Assembly: GCA_965220745.1 (NCBI GenBank)
Contig: CBDCQT010000012.1
Coordinates: 736,001 to 800,000 of the forward strand
DNA from: Alphaproteobacteria bacterium
GTDB lineage: Bacteria > Pseudomonadota > Alphaproteobacteria > UBA828
Reading direction: 5' to 3'
Length of the DNA: 64,000 nucleotides
Part shown: positions 19,968-29,679 of the stretch, in pieces
How the letters are laid out: each line of letters starts with the position of its first letter
Numbering within the stretch: the stretch's first letter is position 1
Notes under the pieces: generated by a model
Databases searched by the model: none
Seen by the model: the letters and a program-made list of their open reading frames with translations, nothing else
What the model was told of the DNA's origin: nothing
Position numbers and translations under genes: made by a program

Positions 19968-20029
19968 ATTTTCACATCTTTCATGATCTTTTACAGGCTG
20001 TTTATCGCAAGGGTCTGTCTTGTTCACAA
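19968..20029 (+). promoter_or_regulatory. Candidate TorR-binding direct repeats in the torR/tmoX divergent promoter
   Basis: AT-rich patch with TTCACAT (19971), TTCATGA (19980), TTTACAG (19990), CTGTTTATCG (19998) and TTGTTCACAA (20020); resembles the E. coli tor box CTGTTCATAT. Confidence 0.5.
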
Positions 20030-20109
20030 CGCCCCTCTAGGCTTGCAGGCTCGGCGCGGAGGGCCCGCGCACGAGACACGCTCATGCGAGCACTAACGAG
20101 GAGGCGACT

Positions 20110-21078
20110 ATGGTGGGTACAAATATGAGACGGTGGACAATCGCGCTCGTCGCAGGGGCCGCGATCGGCCTCTCGGGCGCCGTGTCCGGCGTGGCTCAGG
20201 CCGCGGATTCCGACGACCCGATCAAGATCCCGATCCATAACTGGTCAAGCCAGATCGTGGGTGCCCACGTTTTGGGCAAGATTCTGAACGGCCAGGGCTT
20301 CGAGACGGAGTTCATCCCCGCCGACAGCCAGGTGGTGTACACCTCCATGTGCGAGGGTGACATCGACGTGGTCCACGAGGTCTGGCAGGGCGCGTTCGGC
20401 GTGGCGTTCGAGCAGGTCGTTGGCGAGGGCTGCGTGATCGACGCTGCGACCCACGACGCGAAGACCCGCGAGGAGTGGTGGTATCCCAGTTATGTCGAGG
20501 AGCAGTGCCCAGGCCTGCCCGACTGGGAGGCGCTGAATGCCTGCGCTGAGATGTTCGCAACTGCCGAGACGGCCCCGAAGGGTCGCTTCCTCGGCGGGCC
20601 GGTCGACTGGTTGAAGCACGACGCCGAGCGCGTCGAAGGCCTCGGCATGGACTTCGAGGTGGTGAACGCTGGCTCGGCTGCGGCCATTTGGGCGGAGCTG
20701 GCATCGGCGTTCGAGCGCAAGGCGCCGATCGTGCACTTCAATTGGACGCCCAACTTCATCGAGGCGATCTACGACGGCAAGTTCGTCGAGTTCCCGGAGT
20801 ATGGCGAGGGCTGCAAGGACGACCCGGCCTGGGGCCCCAACCCCGACATGACCTATGACTGCGGCAACCCGAAGGACGGTTATCTCAAGATCGGCGTCTG
20901 GAAGGGAATGCCCGACAAGTGGCCGACGGTCTATGCCATCGTCTCGAAGATGAACCTGACCAATCTCGATATCGCGGTGATGTCCAAGCTCGTCGACATC
21001 GACGGCATGGAGGTCGAAGAGGCGGCCGACAAGTGGCTCGCCGACAACGAAGCCAAGTGGATGTCCTGGGTTAACTAA
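20110..21078 (+). CDS. tmoX: TMAO ABC transporter substrate-binding protein
   Basis: DPIKIPIHNWSSQIV, TREEWWYP, CPGLPDWEALNAC, GPVDWLKH, FNWTPNF and YDCGNP motifs match TmoX; context of tor and tdm genes. Confidence 0.88.
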   Translation: MVGTNMRRWTIALVAGAAIGLSGAVSGVAQAADSDDPIKIPIHNWSSQIVGAHVLGKILNGQGFETEFIPADSQVVYTSMCEGDIDVVHEVWQGAFGVAFEQVVGEGCVIDAATHDAKTREEWWYPSYVEEQCPGLPDWEALNACAEMFATAETAPKGRFLGGPVDWLKHDAERVEGLGMDFEVVNAGSAAAIWAELASAFERKAPIVHFNWTPNFIEAIYDGKFVEFPEYGEGCKDDPAWGPNPDMTYDCGNPKDGYLKIGVWKGMPDKWPTVYAIVSKMNLTNLDIAVMSKLVDIDGMEVEEAADKWLADNEAKWMSWVN

Positions 21079-21095
21079 CCCAGAGTCCTTGGCTA

Positions 21096-21141
21096 CGGGG
21101 GCGCCGCCTTGACTCCCTGTGGCGGCGCCCTCGCTTTATTT
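21096..21141 (+). terminator. Stem-loop with U-rich tail after tmoX (partial terminator or mRNA stabiliser)
   Basis: CGGGGGCGCCGCC / GGCGGCGCCCTCG stem followed by CTTTATTT. Confidence 0.65.
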
Positions 21142-21250
21142 CATGCCCCTGCCGGCACATAGTATTCGCGCCCATCGCCGCCAACGATGGAGCGAAAGGC
21201 CGACGAGGTGGGGCAGCGGCACGCGCTCTGCCGTGGCGGGGAGGTGCGAT

Positions 21251-22273
21251 TTGGCCGAACCTATTCTCACGTGCAGCAGCGTCTGGAAGCTGTTCGGCCC
21301 CAAACCCCGGCCGTTCATGGACAGGCACGGGGGCGCGCCCGGTCTCGCCGCCATTCTTGACGAGGGCTACATCCCCGCCGTCCGCGACGCCTCGCTGGAG
21401 GTCAACGCCGGCGAAATCCTGGTGATCATGGGGCTCTCGGGCTCCGGCAAGTCCACACTACTCCGTTGCCTTGCACGCCTGATCGAACCCACCGCCGGCG
21501 CGATCGTGTTCGAGGGCCAGGACCTGCTCAAGGCGACCAATCGCGAGCTGACGCAGCTGCGCCGCCACAAGATGGGCATGGTATTTCAGCACTTCGCGCT
21601 GCTTCCCCACCGCACGGTGTTGCAGAACGTGGCCTTCCCGCTCGAGGTCCAGGGCATCGATCGCCGCACGCGGGAGACTCGTGCCCGCGAGATGATCGAG
21701 CTCGTCGGCCTCGAAGGGCGCGAGCGCTATTACCCGCGCGAGCTCTCCGGCGGGCAGCAGCAGCGCGTCGGAATTGCCCGTTCGCTCGCAGTGGGGCCCG
21801 AGCTCTGGTTCCTCGACGAGCCCTTCTCCGCTCTCGATCCGCTCATCCGCCGCGAGATGCAGAACGAGTTCCTGCGCCTACAGAACATGCTGCACAAGAC
21901 GATCCTGTTCATCACTCATGACTTCGATGAGGCGATCCGGCTTGCGGACCGCATCATCATCATGAAGGACGGCATCATCGAGCAGGCCGGCACCGCCACC
22001 GAGCTGATCGAGAACCCCGAGACCGACTACGTGCGCGAGTTCACCAAGGACGTGGCGCGAGATCGCCTGCTCACAGTGGCGACGGCTGTACGCCCCGCCG
22101 CCGCGGGCGAGACGACGCAAGGCGAGGTCAAGGCGGGCGCCACCCTGGCAGACGTCGCGCCGCAGGTGATCGAAGCCGAGCGCCCGGTGGCAGTCGTCGA
22201 CGAGAGAGGCCGGATGGTCGGCGTGGTCGACCGCTACGGTCTCGTCGACGCGATGTACGCCGACCGCTCGTAA
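21251..22273 (+). CDS. tmoW: TMAO ABC transporter ATP-binding protein (ProV-like)
   Basis: GLSGSGKS, LSGGQQQRV and FLDEPFSALDP motifs; TTG start with GAGG RBS. Confidence 0.85.
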   Translation: MAEPILTCSSVWKLFGPKPRPFMDRHGGAPGLAAILDEGYIPAVRDASLEVNAGEILVIMGLSGSGKSTLLRCLARLIEPTAGAIVFEGQDLLKATNRELTQLRRHKMGMVFQHFALLPHRTVLQNVAFPLEVQGIDRRTRETRAREMIELVGLEGRERYYPRELSGGQQQRVGIARSLAVGPELWFLDEPFSALDPLIRREMQNEFLRLQNMLHKTILFITHDFDEAIRLADRIIIMKDGIIEQAGTATELIENPETDYVREFTKDVARDRLLTVATAVRPAAAGETTQGEVKAGATLADVAPQVIEAERPVAVVDERGRMVGVVDRYGLVDAMYADRS

Positions 22274-22276
22274 GTC

Positions 22277-24277
22277 ATGGCCGCAGAGCGGACCCTCGGA
22301 GGATCGATCGCAGGGTCGATTGCGACGACACGCCGCCTCTGGCGCACGCCGGGTGTGGGGCCGCTGCTCGTTCTGGTGCCCTTTGTGGTTTTGTTGGCGC
22401 TCAAGCCCGTTCTGCCTGAGGCCGGGATCGTCTGGCCCAGGGACATCGCGGTGCCCTTCATCGACTGGATCAACGTCGTCGTCAACGTCTTCCACAAGCA
22501 CGAGATCTTCGGCGTCTTCACGGTCAAGGATGTAACGCGGGCGATCGCCTTCGGGATTGAATGGCCGCTCGACATCGTTCACGGCCTGCTCGCCGGTGGC
22601 TTCAGGTCGATCGGCATCCCTGCCATCCCATGGGTGATGATCGCCGGCCTCGCTGCGGTCTTCGGTTGGTGGCTGAAGGGCTGGCGGCTCGCGCTGCTGG
22701 CCGGCGGCTGCATCGTCTATTTCGCCGTCTTCGGCAAGTGGTCGCTCTCGATGACGACGCTTTCCGTCGTTCTGGTCGCGGCGCCGATCGCAGCCGCCGT
22801 CGGCTTGGCGCTTGGCGTGGTGGGGGCCAAGTCACGGCCCTTCGAGCGGGCGCTCTGGCCGCTCCTCAACGTCATGCAGTCGCTGCCGCACTTCTCTTAC
22901 CTGATCCCGGTGGCGCTCTTCATCGGCGTCTCCCACCGGGCCGGCGCAATCGCCACCATACTCTTCGCCATACCGCCCATGACGCGGCTCACGCTGCTCG
23001 GGCTCAAGGGCGTCTCCGAGGAGGTGCGCGAGGCCGGCGTGATGGCCGGTTGCACGCGCTGGCAGATGCTCTTCAGGGTGGAGATTCCGGCCGCGCGCGA
23101 TTCGCTCATGCTGGGCGTCAACCAGGTCATCATGCAGTGCCTGGCGATGGTCGTGATCGCCTCCTTCGTGGGCGCCAAGGGGCTGGGACAGGACCTGCTG
23201 TTCCGCCTGCAGAGCCTGCGTCTCGGACAGGCGCTGGAGAACGGCGTCGCTGTGGTGCTGATGGCGGTGATGCTCGACCGGCTGAGCCGCGCACTCTCCG
23301 AGAAGCAGCCCGAGCGTCGCCCCGACGGCCCCTTCTGGCGCGTGCATCCCTATTTGATGGTGGCCGCTGTCATCATCGTCGTCTCGATTGTCCTGTCGCT
23401 GCTGACGCCCTACGCCCAGACGCTGCCCAAGAACGCTACGATCACAACCGCGCCCTTCTGGGACATGGTCGTGGAATTCATCACGTTCACGCTCTACGAC
23501 CCGCTTTCCGTCATTCGCGACGGCCTGCTCGTCCACGTGCTGATCCCGCTGCGCACGGGCTTCCAGTGGATGCCGTGGATCGCGGTGGCGTCGCTGGCCG
23601 GTGCCATCGGCTGGCGCCTTGCGGGCCCGCGGCTCGCGGCGACGGCGGCGAGCTTTGTCTGCTTCATCGCGCTCACGGGCTTCTGGGAGCGTGCCTCGAT
23701 CACCGCCTACATGGTCTTCTTCGCGCTGATCCTCTGCCTGATTTTCGGGCTGCCGCTCGGCATCTGGGCATCGAAAACCGCGGGGCGCACCCGGTTCGTG
23801 CAACTCCTCTGCGACACCTTCCAGACCTTCCCGTCGTTCATCTACCTGATCCCGGTGATCATGCTGTTCCAGGTTGGCGACGTGGCGGCGATCACCGCCA
23901 TCGTGATCTACGCGGCAATCCCCATCGTCCGCTACACGATCTTCGGCCTGCGCGGCGTGCCCAACGAGACCATCGAGGCGGCGATCACCGCCGGCTGCAC
24001 GCCCCGGCAGATCCTGTGGAAGGTGCGGATGCCGCTGGCCTTCCCCGAGATCATGCTGGGGGTCAACCAGACCATCATGTTCGGGCTCTTCATGGTGATC
24101 ATCGCGGCCTTCATTGGGACCAAGGATTTGGGGCAGGAGATCTTCCGGGCGCTCACCTTCGCTGATGCAGGCAAGGGTCTCGTCATCGGACTCTGTGTGG
24201 CGTTCATCGGCCTCACGGTCGATCGCCTGGTCGTGGAGTGGTCCGAGCAGCGGCGGCGCCAACTGGGCCTGGCCTGA
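22277..24277 (+). CDS. tmoV: TMAO ABC transporter permease (two fused ProW-like domains)
   Basis: Two permease repeats with EAG/EAA loops and LGVNQ motifs; 666 aa. Confidence 0.85.
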   Translation: MAAERTLGGSIAGSIATTRRLWRTPGVGPLLVLVPFVVLLALKPVLPEAGIVWPRDIAVPFIDWINVVVNVFHKHEIFGVFTVKDVTRAIAFGIEWPLDIVHGLLAGGFRSIGIPAIPWVMIAGLAAVFGWWLKGWRLALLAGGCIVYFAVFGKWSLSMTTLSVVLVAAPIAAAVGLALGVVGAKSRPFERALWPLLNVMQSLPHFSYLIPVALFIGVSHRAGAIATILFAIPPMTRLTLLGLKGVSEEVREAGVMAGCTRWQMLFRVEIPAARDSLMLGVNQVIMQCLAMVVIASFVGAKGLGQDLLFRLQSLRLGQALENGVAVVLMAVMLDRLSRALSEKQPERRPDGPFWRVHPYLMVAAVIIVVSIVLSLLTPYAQTLPKNATITTAPFWDMVVEFITFTLYDPLSVIRDGLLVHVLIPLRTGFQWMPWIAVASLAGAIGWRLAGPRLAATAASFVCFIALTGFWERASITAYMVFFALILCLIFGLPLGIWASKTAGRTRFVQLLCDTFQTFPSFIYLIPVIMLFQVGDVAAITAIVIYAAIPIVRYTIFGLRGVPNETIEAAITAGCTPRQILWKVRMPLAFPEIMLGVNQTIMFGLFMVIIAAFIGTKDLGQEIFRALTFADAGKGLVIGLCVAFIGLTVDRLVVEWSEQRRRQLGLA

Positions 24278-24301
24278 GCGAAGCCACGGAAAGGGCACGT
24301 C

Positions 24302-26632
24302 ATGGAACTCGTTTCAGCCGGTGGAGCTCAGTTTCCGCGCGGCGTGCGGCGGCCGGGCATTCTCGCGCTCCCGCCTGGAGTGGAACGCCACGTCGTTCCG
24401 GGCCGAAGCGCGCGGGCCATACGGATCGCGGGCGGCGACCTCATCCGTCTCGTCAATGCCGAAGGCGGGCAGACCTGCGAGCTGGTCAGCGTAGCGGACG
24501 ACGGCCGGTTCGTCGAAAGCCTGCTGGGGGAGAGGGCAGGGGGGAATGCCGCTGGCCTCCGCCGGCTTCTGGCCGACGGCGTGGCGCACGTCGACCGCGA
24601 CCTCAACGGCGCCTCGTCTCTCGACCTGTTCGGGCCGGAGAGCCGCGCCGGCGAGGAGGCGTCGTTCACGGCGAGCGGCGCCGGTACGGTGATCGTGGCG
24701 ACGCCCGGCGCGCCGATGGCGGCCGACGGGCAGGACCCGCCGACGCCCATCGTGGTGTTCGTGGAACGCGCCGCAGGTGCCGTGCCGGTGGGCGAGGCGG
24801 TGCTGCCCGAGCCGCTGGCTGACCCGCGCCTCGACCAGCGGATCGACCGCCGCACGGCCGCGAGCTACGAGGTGCGCGCCGGCGAGTGGCTCCAGATCAT
24901 CGATGTCGAAGGGCGTCAGTGTACCGACTTTCAGGCGTTCCATCGGGCGCGGCTGGACGAGGGAGTCGAGCGCTGCCTCGACGTGACCACCACCCGCTCG
25001 CTGATGGGGCTCGGCTATCCCCATCCGGGGCAGCGGGCAAAATATCTGGACCAGGATTTCGTGGCGCTGGTCGAGGTGGTGCAGGACACCTGCATGCGCC
25101 ACGACGCCTTCGGGCTGGCGTGCGCGGCCAAGTACTACGAGGACCAGGGCTACCCCGGCCACGCCAACTGCTCAGACAACTTCAATATGGCCCTGGAGTC
25201 GTATGCGATTCAGCCCCGGCGCGGCTGGATGGCCATGAACTTCTTCTACAACACCCAAGTCGACGGCCGGAACCTGTTCGTCCTCGACGAGCCGTGGTCC
25301 CGCCCCGGCGACTACGTCCTGCTGCGGGCGCTGACCGATCTGGTCTGCGTCTCGTCCGCCTGCCCGGACGATATCGATGCGGCCAACGGCTGGAACCCCA
25401 CCGACATTCACGTGCGCGTCTATCCGGAGACGGAGTCCTTCACGCGCGCCGTCGGCCACTACAAGCAACCGGATGCGGACGTGACCATGACCAAGGAAAC
25501 AGGCTTTCACGCCCGCACCAGCGGCCTCACCCGCGATTTCGTCGAGTACAACGGCTACTGGCTGCCCAACAGCTACACCGGCGTCGGGCCGATCGCGGAA
25601 TATTGGACCTGCCGCGAGCGGGTCGCCGCCATCGACCTCTCGCCGCTGCGCAAGTTCGAGGTGCTGGGGCCGGGGGCGGAGGCGCTGCTGCAGCACTGCT
25701 TGACGCGCAACGTGCGGAAGCTCGCGGTGGGGCAGGTGGTCTACACCGCCATGTGCTACGACACCGGCACGATGCTCGACGACGGAACCCTGTTCCGGCT
25801 GGGCCAGGACAACTTCCGTTGGATCGGCGGCTGCGACCAGGGCGGCGCCTGGCTGCGCGAGCAGGCCGAGGCGCTCGGCCTCGACGTGTGGGTCCGCTCG
25901 TCCACCGACCAGCTCCATAACCTCTCGGTTCAGGGGCCGCAGAGTCGGCGGGTGGTGAGCGAGGTCGTATGGACGCCGCCGACCCAGCCGAGCGTCGACG
26001 AGCTCGGCTGGTTCCGCTTCTCCATCGGCCGGTTGGGCGACCCGGACGGGCCGGCGCTGGTCGTCTCCCGCACGGGCTACACTGGTGAGCTGGGCTATGA
26101 GATTTTCTGCCACCCGACCGACTGCGAGGCGGTGTGGGATGCGGTGTGGGCGGCGGGCGAGCCGCACGAAATCAGTCCGCTCGGCCTGGAGGCCCTCGAT
26201 ATCCTGCGGATCGAGGCCGGTCTGATCTTTGCCGGCTACGAGTTCGACGATCAGACCGACCCCTTCGAGGCCGGGATCGGCTTCACCGTCCCGCTCAAGT
26301 CGAAGGAAGACGATTTCTGCGGCAGGGCGGCGCTGGTCAAGCGCAAGGCCAACCCGCAGCGCATGCTGGTGGGCCTCGAACTCACGGGCGACGAGGTTGC
26401 GAGCCACGGCGATGGCGTGTTCGTCGGCCGCCACCGGGTCGGCGTCGTCACGTCTGGCACCCGCTCGCCGATGACGGGCAAGTCCATCGCGCTTTGCCGC
26501 ATGGCGGTGGAGCACGCCGGGACGGGGACCGCCGTCGAGGTCGGCCAGCTCGACGGCGTGCAGAAGCGTCTCGAAGCGACGGTGGTGCCGTTCCCCTTCT
26601 ACGATCCCGACAAGTTGCGGGTCAGGATGTAG
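24302..26632 (+). CDS. tdm: Trimethylamine N-oxide demethylase (DUF1989 + GcvT domains)
   Basis: IIDVEGRQCTDF, HDAFGLAC, GHANCSDN, SSACPDD (DUF1989 Cys motifs), then GcvT motifs DLSPLRKFEV, SRTGYTGELGYE, LRIEAG. Confidence 0.9.
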   Translation: MELVSAGGAQFPRGVRRPGILALPPGVERHVVPGRSARAIRIAGGDLIRLVNAEGGQTCELVSVADDGRFVESLLGERAGGNAAGLRRLLADGVAHVDRDLNGASSLDLFGPESRAGEEASFTASGAGTVIVATPGAPMAADGQDPPTPIVVFVERAAGAVPVGEAVLPEPLADPRLDQRIDRRTAASYEVRAGEWLQIIDVEGRQCTDFQAFHRARLDEGVERCLDVTTTRSLMGLGYPHPGQRAKYLDQDFVALVEVVQDTCMRHDAFGLACAAKYYEDQGYPGHANCSDNFNMALESYAIQPRRGWMAMNFFYNTQVDGRNLFVLDEPWSRPGDYVLLRALTDLVCVSSACPDDIDAANGWNPTDIHVRVYPETESFTRAVGHYKQPDADVTMTKETGFHARTSGLTRDFVEYNGYWLPNSYTGVGPIAEYWTCRERVAAIDLSPLRKFEVLGPGAEALLQHCLTRNVRKLAVGQVVYTAMCYDTGTMLDDGTLFRLGQDNFRWIGGCDQGGAWLREQAEALGLDVWVRSSTDQLHNLSVQGPQSRRVVSEVVWTPPTQPSVDELGWFRFSIGRLGDPDGPALVVSRTGYTGELGYEIFCHPTDCEAVWDAVWAAGEPHEISPLGLEALDILRIEAGLIFAGYEFDDQTDPFEAGIGFTVPLKSKEDDFCGRAALVKRKANPQRMLVGLELTGDEVASHGDGVFVGRHRVGVVTSGTRSPMTGKSIALCRMAVEHAGTGTAVEVGQLDGVQKRLEATVVPFPFYDPDKLRVRM

Positions 26633-28055
26633 TCCACTCGGGCCGGCGGCCGATCCAGGGCCGCGCCTCTTCGAGCTGGGCGGCGAGACGGAAGAGCGTG
26701 GCCTCGTCGCCGTGGCGGGCGACCGCCTGCACCGCGACCGGGAAGCCGCTCTCGGTCGTGCCCAGCGGGATCATCATCGCCGGCTGCCCGGTGAGGTTGA
26801 ACCACACCGTGAACGGGCTGAAGCTGAACACCCGGCGCCAATACTCCTCCAGATCGTCCATCATCATGTCGAGCCAGCCGAGCTTGGGCGGCAGCGTGCC
26901 GAGGCCGGGGGTGAGCAAGATGTCCCAGTCCGCGTGGAACGCCGCCATCTGGCGGCCGAAGCGGTGCGCCGTGTGAACTGCCGCCATGTAGCTGGCACCA
27001 TCGATCGTCTCGGCAAGCTTGGCCGTGTCGGCGACCGTGGTCTCCAGCTCGCCAGGCGCAGGTGTCCGGCCCGAGGGGTGTGCGCGCAGCAGGTAGAGTA
27101 TCTGGATCGCGCTGATCGTGCGGAAGGTCGGTATCACGTCGGCCCGGTCGATTGTGGGATCGGCTTTCTCGACACGGTGGCCGAGGTCTGCGCAAAGCGA
27201 CGCGGTCTCCTGCAGGACGCGCAGCGAATCGGCTGCTACCGGCGCGCCGTTGGGCGCCTGGCTGGTGAATGCGATGCGGAGCGTGCCGGGATCGGCGCTG
27301 ACCTCTTCGAGGAACGGGCGGGCCGGCTGCGGCGCGATGTAGGGGTCGCCGGGGACCGGGCCCGACGTGGCATCGAGGAGCGCCGCGCTGTCGCGCACCG
27401 TGAGCGATACCGCGTGCTCGATGGCGAGGCCGCCGAGGGACTCGCCGAAGTAGGGCGCCATGGTGTTGCGCGCTCGCGTGGGCCGCAGGCCCACCAGACC
27501 GCAGGAGGCCGCAGGCGCGCGGATCGAGCCGAAGCCGTCCGACGCATGAGCGATGGGCAGCAGGCGGGCAGCCACGGCCGCCGCAGCACCGCCGCTGGAG
27601 CCTGCCGGAGTCCGCTCCAGGTCCCAGGGATTGCGCGAGGGGCCGTAGAGCTGCGGCTCGCAGGTGAGGCTGAGGCCGAGCTCGCAGGTGCTGGTCTTGC
27701 CGTAGATCATCATGCCGGCACGCTTGAGGCGGGTGACATGGACGCTGTCCTCGGTGGCGGGCGGCAGGTCGGCAAAGAAGCGGCTGCCGCGTGCGGTCCT
27801 CGCGCCGGCGAGCGACGAGCCCAGGTCCTTGAGCAGGAACGGCACGCCCTTGAGGGGTCCATCCGGCAGGCCCGCCTCGATGGCCTGCGTTGCGTGGTCG
27901 TACAGCTCCATCACGACCGCGTTGATGGTCGGGTTGCGCGATTCCACGCGCGAGATCGCTGCCTCCAGTACCTCTGTCGCGCTGACTTCGCCGGCCTTCA
28001 CCAGCGCCGCGAGACCGAGCGCGTCGTATGACTCGTATTCCGCGAACCCGCCCAT
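26622..28055 (-). CDS. Amidase (amidase-signature family)
   Basis: [20 protein letters not shown] and [10 protein letters not shown] motifs; start at MGGFAEY. Confidence 0.9.
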   Translation of the reverse strand: MGGFAEYESYDALGLAALVKAGEVSATEVLEAAISRVESRNPTINAVVMELYDHATQAIEAGLPDGPLKGVPFLLKDLGSSLAGARTARGSRFFADLPPATEDSVHVTRLKRAGMMIYGKTSTCELGLSLTCEPQLYGPSRNPWDLERTPAGSSGGAAAAVAARLLPIAHASDGFGSIRAPAASCGLVGLRPTRARNTMAPYFGESLGGLAIEHAVSLTVRDSAALLDATSGPVPGDPYIAPQPARPFLEEVSADPGTLRIAFTSQAPNGAPVAADSLRVLQETASLCADLGHRVEKADPTIDRADVIPTFRTISAIQILYLLRAHPSGRTPAPGELETTVADTAKLAETIDGASYMAAVHTAHRFGRQMAAFHADWDILLTPGLGTLPPKLGWLDMMMDDLEEYWRRVFSFSPFTVWFNLTGQPAMMIPLGTTESGFPVAVQAVARHGDEATLFRLAAQLEEARPWIGRRPEWTTS

Positions 28056-28482
28056 CGTTCGTCTCCCGCTGCTCCCGTCGACTCGACGGAGCACCATAGC
28101 GCGCCGCGGCCTCGAGTGCCGAGCCTCGCCTCGGCATTTTCGCCACGGTAGCGGCCAGATTGGCACCCCACACGTCGCGCGCTTGACAGCCGGCAATGCG
28201 GAGTGCGAGCGTTGCAACGGCAAAAATATGCCGTCCCGATTGGCTGACAGGGAGTCACGACGGAGGCAGGGGACACTGAGGGCTGTCGGACCCAGCAAAG
28301 TGCCGATCGGCAGCCAACCCGTTGCCGGACTTTAGAGCAACGGTTTCAACCTCCTCACAATTCACGTGACTTGCTGTCGAATACGAAGGAAGCGGGACGG
28401 ATAGCAATGTCCGACGCCGCGGGTTGTGTGCGTGGCGCGGTCGGATCGGCGGAGACCTAGTCAGACGCACCCGGAATGAGCG

Positions 28483-29667
28483 ATGGCACAAGAAACGATA
28501 GAGCCCCAAGGTAGATCCGGCCGCCCGAAGTGGACGGGCTACGCGCAGCTGGTCCTGATATTGGCCGCCATCGGAGTCGCCCTCTACTTCGCACAGGCGC
28601 CGAGCCGTGTGGAGCGCGACCCGATCTCCGACATGGCGCTCGACCAGACGAAACCCACCGTTTCGGTGATTCAGCCGGCGCCAACCGAACAGGCGCTGAG
28701 GGTCGATCTGACAGGGGGGGTCACCCTGCACGGAAACGTGAAAGTCACCTCCGAAGTCGGCGGCCGTGTGGTCTGGGTCTCGCCCAGTTTCAGAAACGGC
28801 GGGTCGATTGCCGCGAACGAGGCCATCATCAGGGTCGATCCGGCCGAGTACGAGCTTGAGCTCGAAGTTGCCACCGCGAAGGTCGCAAAGGCAGAGGCCC
28901 GGGTTCAGATCGAAAAGGCCAAGGCGGAGGAAGCCGCGGCCGCCTTCGCGCGCGAGAACCCCGGAGCCGACACTCCCGAGCGGGTGCACCGCGCGCCGCA
29001 CATAGCGAAGGCGGAAGCCGGGCTCATGAAGGCGCAGGCCAAGATGAAGCTGGCGCAACTCCGGCTCGACCGAACCGAGATCTCCCTTCCATTCGACGTC
29101 CGGGTCGCAGCGGCGGATATCGACGTCGGCCAGTTCGTCGGCCCCGCCGAACTGGTCGGCCGCGCCTCGTCATTGGGCTCCGTCTACCGAACCGACGCGC
29201 TCCAGGTCAGAGCGCCCATCGAACAAGACAGCCTCGCCTATCTCGCGCCGGCCATCGGTCGCTCCGCCACAATTCGGACTGCGTCAGGAACATACGACGC
29301 TGTGGTGGAGCGCACGTCTGCGATCATCGGTCCCAAGTCTCGTCTCGCGAGGGTCTTCCTGAAATTCGCAGCGGCTCACCCGGCGGAAACGCTGCCGCTC
29401 CCTGGTTCGTTCGTGGAGGTTTCGATCGCGGGGCCCGTGCACGACAACGTGCTCGTCCTGCCGGAATCGGCCATGCAGGATCGGGGCAGCGTCTGGATCG
29501 TCGAAGGCGGCGCGCTGAAGGCCGTCATGCCGCGCACACTGGGACACGCCGACGGCGGCGTGGTGGTGGAGGCGTTCGACGTGGGCGACGGCATCGTCGT
29601 CGGCTCCTTGCCGGGAGCGCGAGAGGGATCGGCCGTCGAGGTCAGCGCCGCGCAGGCGTCGGAATAG
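28483..29667 (+). CDS. RND efflux periplasmic adaptor (membrane fusion protein)
   Basis: N-terminal TM, SEVGGRVV and TEISLPFD lipoyl halves around a coiled hairpin; directly upstream of the RND permease. Confidence 0.88.
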   Translation: MAQETIEPQGRSGRPKWTGYAQLVLILAAIGVALYFAQAPSRVERDPISDMALDQTKPTVSVIQPAPTEQALRVDLTGGVTLHGNVKVTSEVGGRVVWVSPSFRNGGSIAANEAIIRVDPAEYELELEVATAKVAKAEARVQIEKAKAEEAAAAFARENPGADTPERVHRAPHIAKAEAGLMKAQAKMKLAQLRLDRTEISLPFDVRVAAADIDVGQFVGPAELVGRASSLGSVYRTDALQVRAPIEQDSLAYLAPAIGRSATIRTASGTYDAVVERTSAIIGPKSRLARVFLKFAAAHPAETLPLPGSFVEVSIAGPVHDNVLVLPESAMQDRGSVWIVEGGALKAVMPRTLGHADGGVVVEAFDVGDGIVVGSLPGAREGSAVEVSAAQASE

Positions 29668-29679
29668 CGGAGCCGGGCC

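Noticed and set aside
19938-20027. 30-codon N-terminal extension of TorR in the ORF track
   Set aside because: It runs through the AT-rich promoter region; the receiver domain begins at MTDPY (19937).
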